From Schizochytrium sp. TIO01 (Eukaryota > Protista > Bigyra: Labyrinthulomycetes): 25,370 bases of DNA. The notes beneath the pieces are model-generated. The model was not told where the DNA came from, did not search any database, and worked only from the letters and a program-made list of their open reading frames with translations. Shown one piece after another: positions 22,591 to 25,370 of the stretch. Location: positions 1 to 25,370 of the forward strand of contig SMSO01000026.1 of NCBI GenBank assembly GCA_004764695.1, written 5' to 3'. Both the position numbers and the translations under genes were made by a program. Within the stretch, counting starts at the first letter, position 1; every line of letters begins with the position of its first letter.

Positions 22591-25285
22591 CTGTGGATTT
22601 GATTGAATAATGACAAGCAATACATTACACGTTACATATTACAATAGATGCACGCATGCATGCATGGACGTGAGTGATCTAGGTTGGCTGTCAGGATTTA
22701 TCTTTGTTGTGTTGTCATTTTGCTCTTTGTTCCATGGATGTATACTCACTCAAACAGACAACGCAACCATCCATCCATCTATCAAACAAGCGATTGCATA
22801 AACTTGCAAAACAACACCCACCCACCCACCAAACAACAAACCAAGCATCATGTACAAGCAAGTCCACGAGCTGCGGTGTTGCGTAGACAACTTACTCAAG
22901 TGATGTCAGCGACCGGTTCTCTTTCAGCGCCGCAGCCACTGCCTTGGCGCCCTCGTCGCCGATATCGTTGCGTTCAAGACTGTCGATTTGATTGAATGAT
23001 GGCAAGCAGTAGATTACATTGCATCAGATGCACGCATGCATGCATGGACGTGAGTGATCTAGGTTGGCTTTTAGGATTTCCTCTTTGTTGTGTTGTCATT
23101 TTCCTCTTTGTTCGATGGATGTATACTCACTCAAACAGACAACCCGTCCATCCATCAAACAAACAAACAAACAAGCGATTGCATAAACTTGCAAAACAAC
23201 ACCGACCCACCCACCAAACAACAAACCAGGCATCATGTACAAACAAGTCCACGAGCTACGGTGTTGCGTAGACAACTTACTTGAGTGATGTCAGTGACCG
23301 GTTCTCTTTCAGCGCCGCACCCACTGCCTTGGCGCCCTCTGAGCCGATATGGTTCCACGAAAGACTGTGGATTTGATTGAATAATGACAAGCAATACATT
23401 ACACGTTACATATTACAATAGATGCACGCATGCATGCATGGACGTGAGTGATCTAGGTTGGCTGTCAGGATTTCATCTTTGTTGTGTTGTCATTTTGCTC
23501 TTTGTTTGATGAATGTATACTCACTCAAACAGACAACTCATCCATCCATCAAACAAACAAGCGATTGCATAAACTCGCAAAACAACACCGACCCACCCAC
23601 CAAACAACAAACCAAGCATCATGTACAAACAAGTCCACGAGCTGCGGTGTTGCGTAGACAACTTACTCAAGTGCTGTCAGCGAACGGTTCTCTTTCAGCG
23701 CCGCAGCCACTGCCTTGGCGCCCTCTGAGCCGATATTGTTGAAACAAAGACTGCCGATTTGATTGAATGATGGCAAGCAATACATTACACGTTACATATT
23801 ACAATAGATGCACGCATGCATGCATGGACGTGAGTGATCTAGGTTGGCTTTCCGCATTAATCTTTGTTGTGTTGTCATTTTGTTCTTTGTTCGATGGATG
23901 TATACTCACTCAAACAGACAACTTATCCATCCATCAAACAAACAAGCAATTGCATAAACTTGCAAAACAACACCGACCCACCCATCAAACAACAAACCAA
24001 GCATCATGTACAAACAAGTCCACGAGTTGCGGTGTTGCGTAGACAACTTACGCAAGTGATGTCAGCGACCGGTTCTCTTTCAGCGCCGCAGCCACTGCCT
24101 GGGCACCCTCGTCGCCGATATAGTTGTGTTCAAGACTGTCGATTTAATTGAATGATGGCAAGCAATACATTACACGTTACATATTACAATAGATGCACGC
24201 ATGCATCCATGGACGTGAGTGATCTAGGCTGGCTTTCAGCATTTATCTTTATTGTGTTGTCATTTTGCTCTTTGTTTGATGGATGTATACTCACTCAAAC
24301 AGACAACTCATCCATCTATCAAACAAACAAGCAATTGCATAAACTTGCAAAACAACACCGACCCACCCACCAAACAACAAACCAAGCATCATGTACAAAC
24401 AAGGCCACGAGCTGCGGTGTTGCGTAGACAACTTACTTGAGTGATGTCAGCGACCGGTTCTCTTTCAGCGCCGCAGCCACTGCCTTGGCGCCCTCTGAGC
24501 CGATAGCGTTGCCAAAAAGACTGTCGATTTGATTGAATGATGGCAAGCAATACATTACACGTTACATATTACAATAGATGCACGCATGCATGCATGGACG
24601 TGAGTGATCTAGGTTGGCTTTCAGCATTTATCTTTGCTGTGTTGTCATTTTGCTCTTTGTTCGATGGATGTATACTCACTCAAACAGACAACGCAACCAT
24701 CCATCCATCTATCAAACAAGCGATTGCATAAACTTGCAAAACAACACCGAGCCACCCACCAAACAACAAACCAAGCATCATGTACAAACAAGGCCACGAG
24801 CTGCGGTGTTGCGTAGACAACTTACGATAGTGATGTCAGCGACCGGTTCTCTTTCAGCGCCGCAGCCACTCCTTGGCGCCCTCGTACGCCGATATCGTTG
24901 CCAAAAAGACTGTCGATTTGATTGAAATGATGGCAACCAATACATTACACGTTACATATACAATAGATGCACGTATGCATGCATGACGTGAGTGATCTAG
25001 GTTGGCTTTCAGCAATTTAATCTTTGTTGTGTGTCATTTTGCTCTTTGTTCGATGGATGTATACTCACTCAAACAGACAACTCATCCATCCATCAAACAA
25101 ACAAGCGATTGCATAAACTTGCAAAACAACACCGACCCACCCAAAACAAAAACCAAGCATCATGTACAAACAAGTCCAAGCTGCGGTGTTGCGTAGACAA
25201 CTTACTCAGTGATGTCAGCGACCGGTTCTCTTTCAGCGCCGCAGCCACTGCCTTGGCGCCCTCTGAGCCGATATCGTTGCCAAGA
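22507..25285 (-). CDS. Multi-exon RI-like (NLRC3/NOD-type) leucine-rich-repeat protein, one 28-aa LRR per exon; 5' part outside window
   Basis: Each exon is flanked by a ...CAG acceptor and a GTAAGT donor on the minus strand, all phase 2. Consensus LxxNxIG(S/D)EGAKAVAAALKENRSLTSLx is a canonical 28-aa RI-type LRR. Confidence 0.92.
22896..22979 (-). CDS. LRR exon B: LERNDIGDEGAKAVAAALKENRSLTSL(D)
   Basis: 84 nt; CGACAG|T acceptor, GA|GTAAGT donor. Confidence 0.92.
23281..23364 (-). CDS. LRR exon C: LSWNHIGSEGAKAVGAALKENRSLTSL(N)
   Basis: 84 nt; CCACAG|T acceptor, AA|GTAAGT donor. Confidence 0.92.
23667..23750 (-). CDS. LRR exon D: LCFNNIGSEGAKAVAAALKENRSLTAL(D)
   Basis: 84 nt; CGGCAG|T acceptor, GA|GTAAGT donor. 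Confidence 0.92.
   Translation of the reverse strand, partial: SLFQQYRLRGRQGSGCGAEREPFADST
24052..24135 (-). CDS. LRR exon E: LEHNYIGDEGAQAVAAALKENRSLTSL(A)
   Basis: 84 nt; CGACAG|T acceptor, GC|GTAAGT donor. Confidence 0.92.
24437..24520 (-). CDS. LRR exon F: LFGNAIGSEGAKAVAAALKENRSLTSL(N)
   Basis: 84 nt; CGACAG|T acceptor, AA|GTAAGT donor. Confidence 0.92.
24826..24909 (-). CDS. LRR exon G: LFGNDIG(VRGRQG as written; DEGAKA if two 1-nt indels are errors)VAAALKENRSLTSL(S)
   Basis: 84 nt with a +1 and a -1 indel about 15 nt apart; splice sites intact. Confidence 0.8.
25206..25285 (-). CDS. LRR exon H: L-GNDIGSEGAKAVAAALKENRSLTSL (80 nt as written; probable homopolymer deletions)
   Basis: Splice sites intact; 4 nt shorter than the other exons, and the surrounding intron also shows many single-base losses. 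Confidence 0.7.
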
Positions 25286-25370
25286 CTGTCGATTTGATTG
25301 AATGATGGCAAGCAATACATTACACGTTATATTACATAGATGCAATAGATGCAATAGATTGCATAGATGC

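Larger units (their letters stand above)
22507..25370. repeat. Tandem array of ~385-bp exon+intron units (7 full units plus an 8th exon; continues beyond window)
   Basis: Exon left edges at 22507, 22896, 23281, 23667, 24052, 24437, 24826 and 25206 (periods 389, 385, 386, 385, 385, 389, 380). Units are near-identical including the introns. Confidence 0.98.

Noticed and set aside
22507-25285. Diversity-generating retroelement (adenine-specific mutagenesis), suggested by the CAT/GAT/AAT/TAT codons
   Set aside because: Many adenines in the exon core (AAG, AAA GAG AAC) are essentially invariant, there is no template repeat or RT in the window, and variation follows protein surface positions instead.
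22610-25297. Repeated plus-strand ORFs (MASNTLHVTYYNRC..., ...QTSDCINLQNN...) in the ORF track
   Set aside because: These are antisense or intron read-through products of the repeat. Frames and stops differ between units and there is no protein motif.
22507-25370. CRISPR array or plain satellite interpretation of the tandem repeat
   Set aside because: The period is ~385 bp with only a few variable codons rather than unique spacers. The context is eukaryotic, there are no cas genes, and splice sites plus the LRR frame explain the structure.
24860-25370. Frameshifts in exons G and H and the terminal TAGATGCAA mini-repeat as biological features
   Set aside because: Single-base indels rise steeply toward the window end, and isolated indels also appear in conserved 18S positions, consistent with low-coverage long-read error.

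Overview
This is eukaryotic nuclear DNA. The 18S sequence matches what I recall of thraustochytrid (Aurantiochytrium/Schizochytrium-type, Labyrinthulomycetes) SSU rDNA. Left to right: (i) the 3' part of a multiply frameshifted protein kinase + RING/RBR-like gene (1-1025, +); (ii) about 8 kb of degenerate sequence with no credible ORF; (iii) three tRNA loci: Arg-ACG, a His-GTG pseudogene whose 5' arm is replaced by a hairpin, and an intron-containing Ser-GCT; (iv) one complete, non-tandem 18S-5.8S-28S rDNA unit on the minus strand, with the tRNA + rDNA block bracketed by two diverged ~0.5-kb direct repeats; (v) from 22.5 kb to the window end, a tandem array of ~385-bp units. This array is not a simple satellite. 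Each unit is an 84-nt, phase-2 exon encoding one 28-aa ribonuclease-inhibitor-type LRR, plus a near-identical ~300-nt GT-AG intron (minus strand). Substitutions are concentrated in the few codons that form the LRR ligand-binding face, and the exon 5' and 3' variants reassort in all four combinations. This points to a recombination-driven, hypervariable LRR receptor gene beside rDNA and is the most interesting element in the window. Small indels increase towards both window ends and also occur in the rRNA genes, so many frameshifts may be long-read errors.
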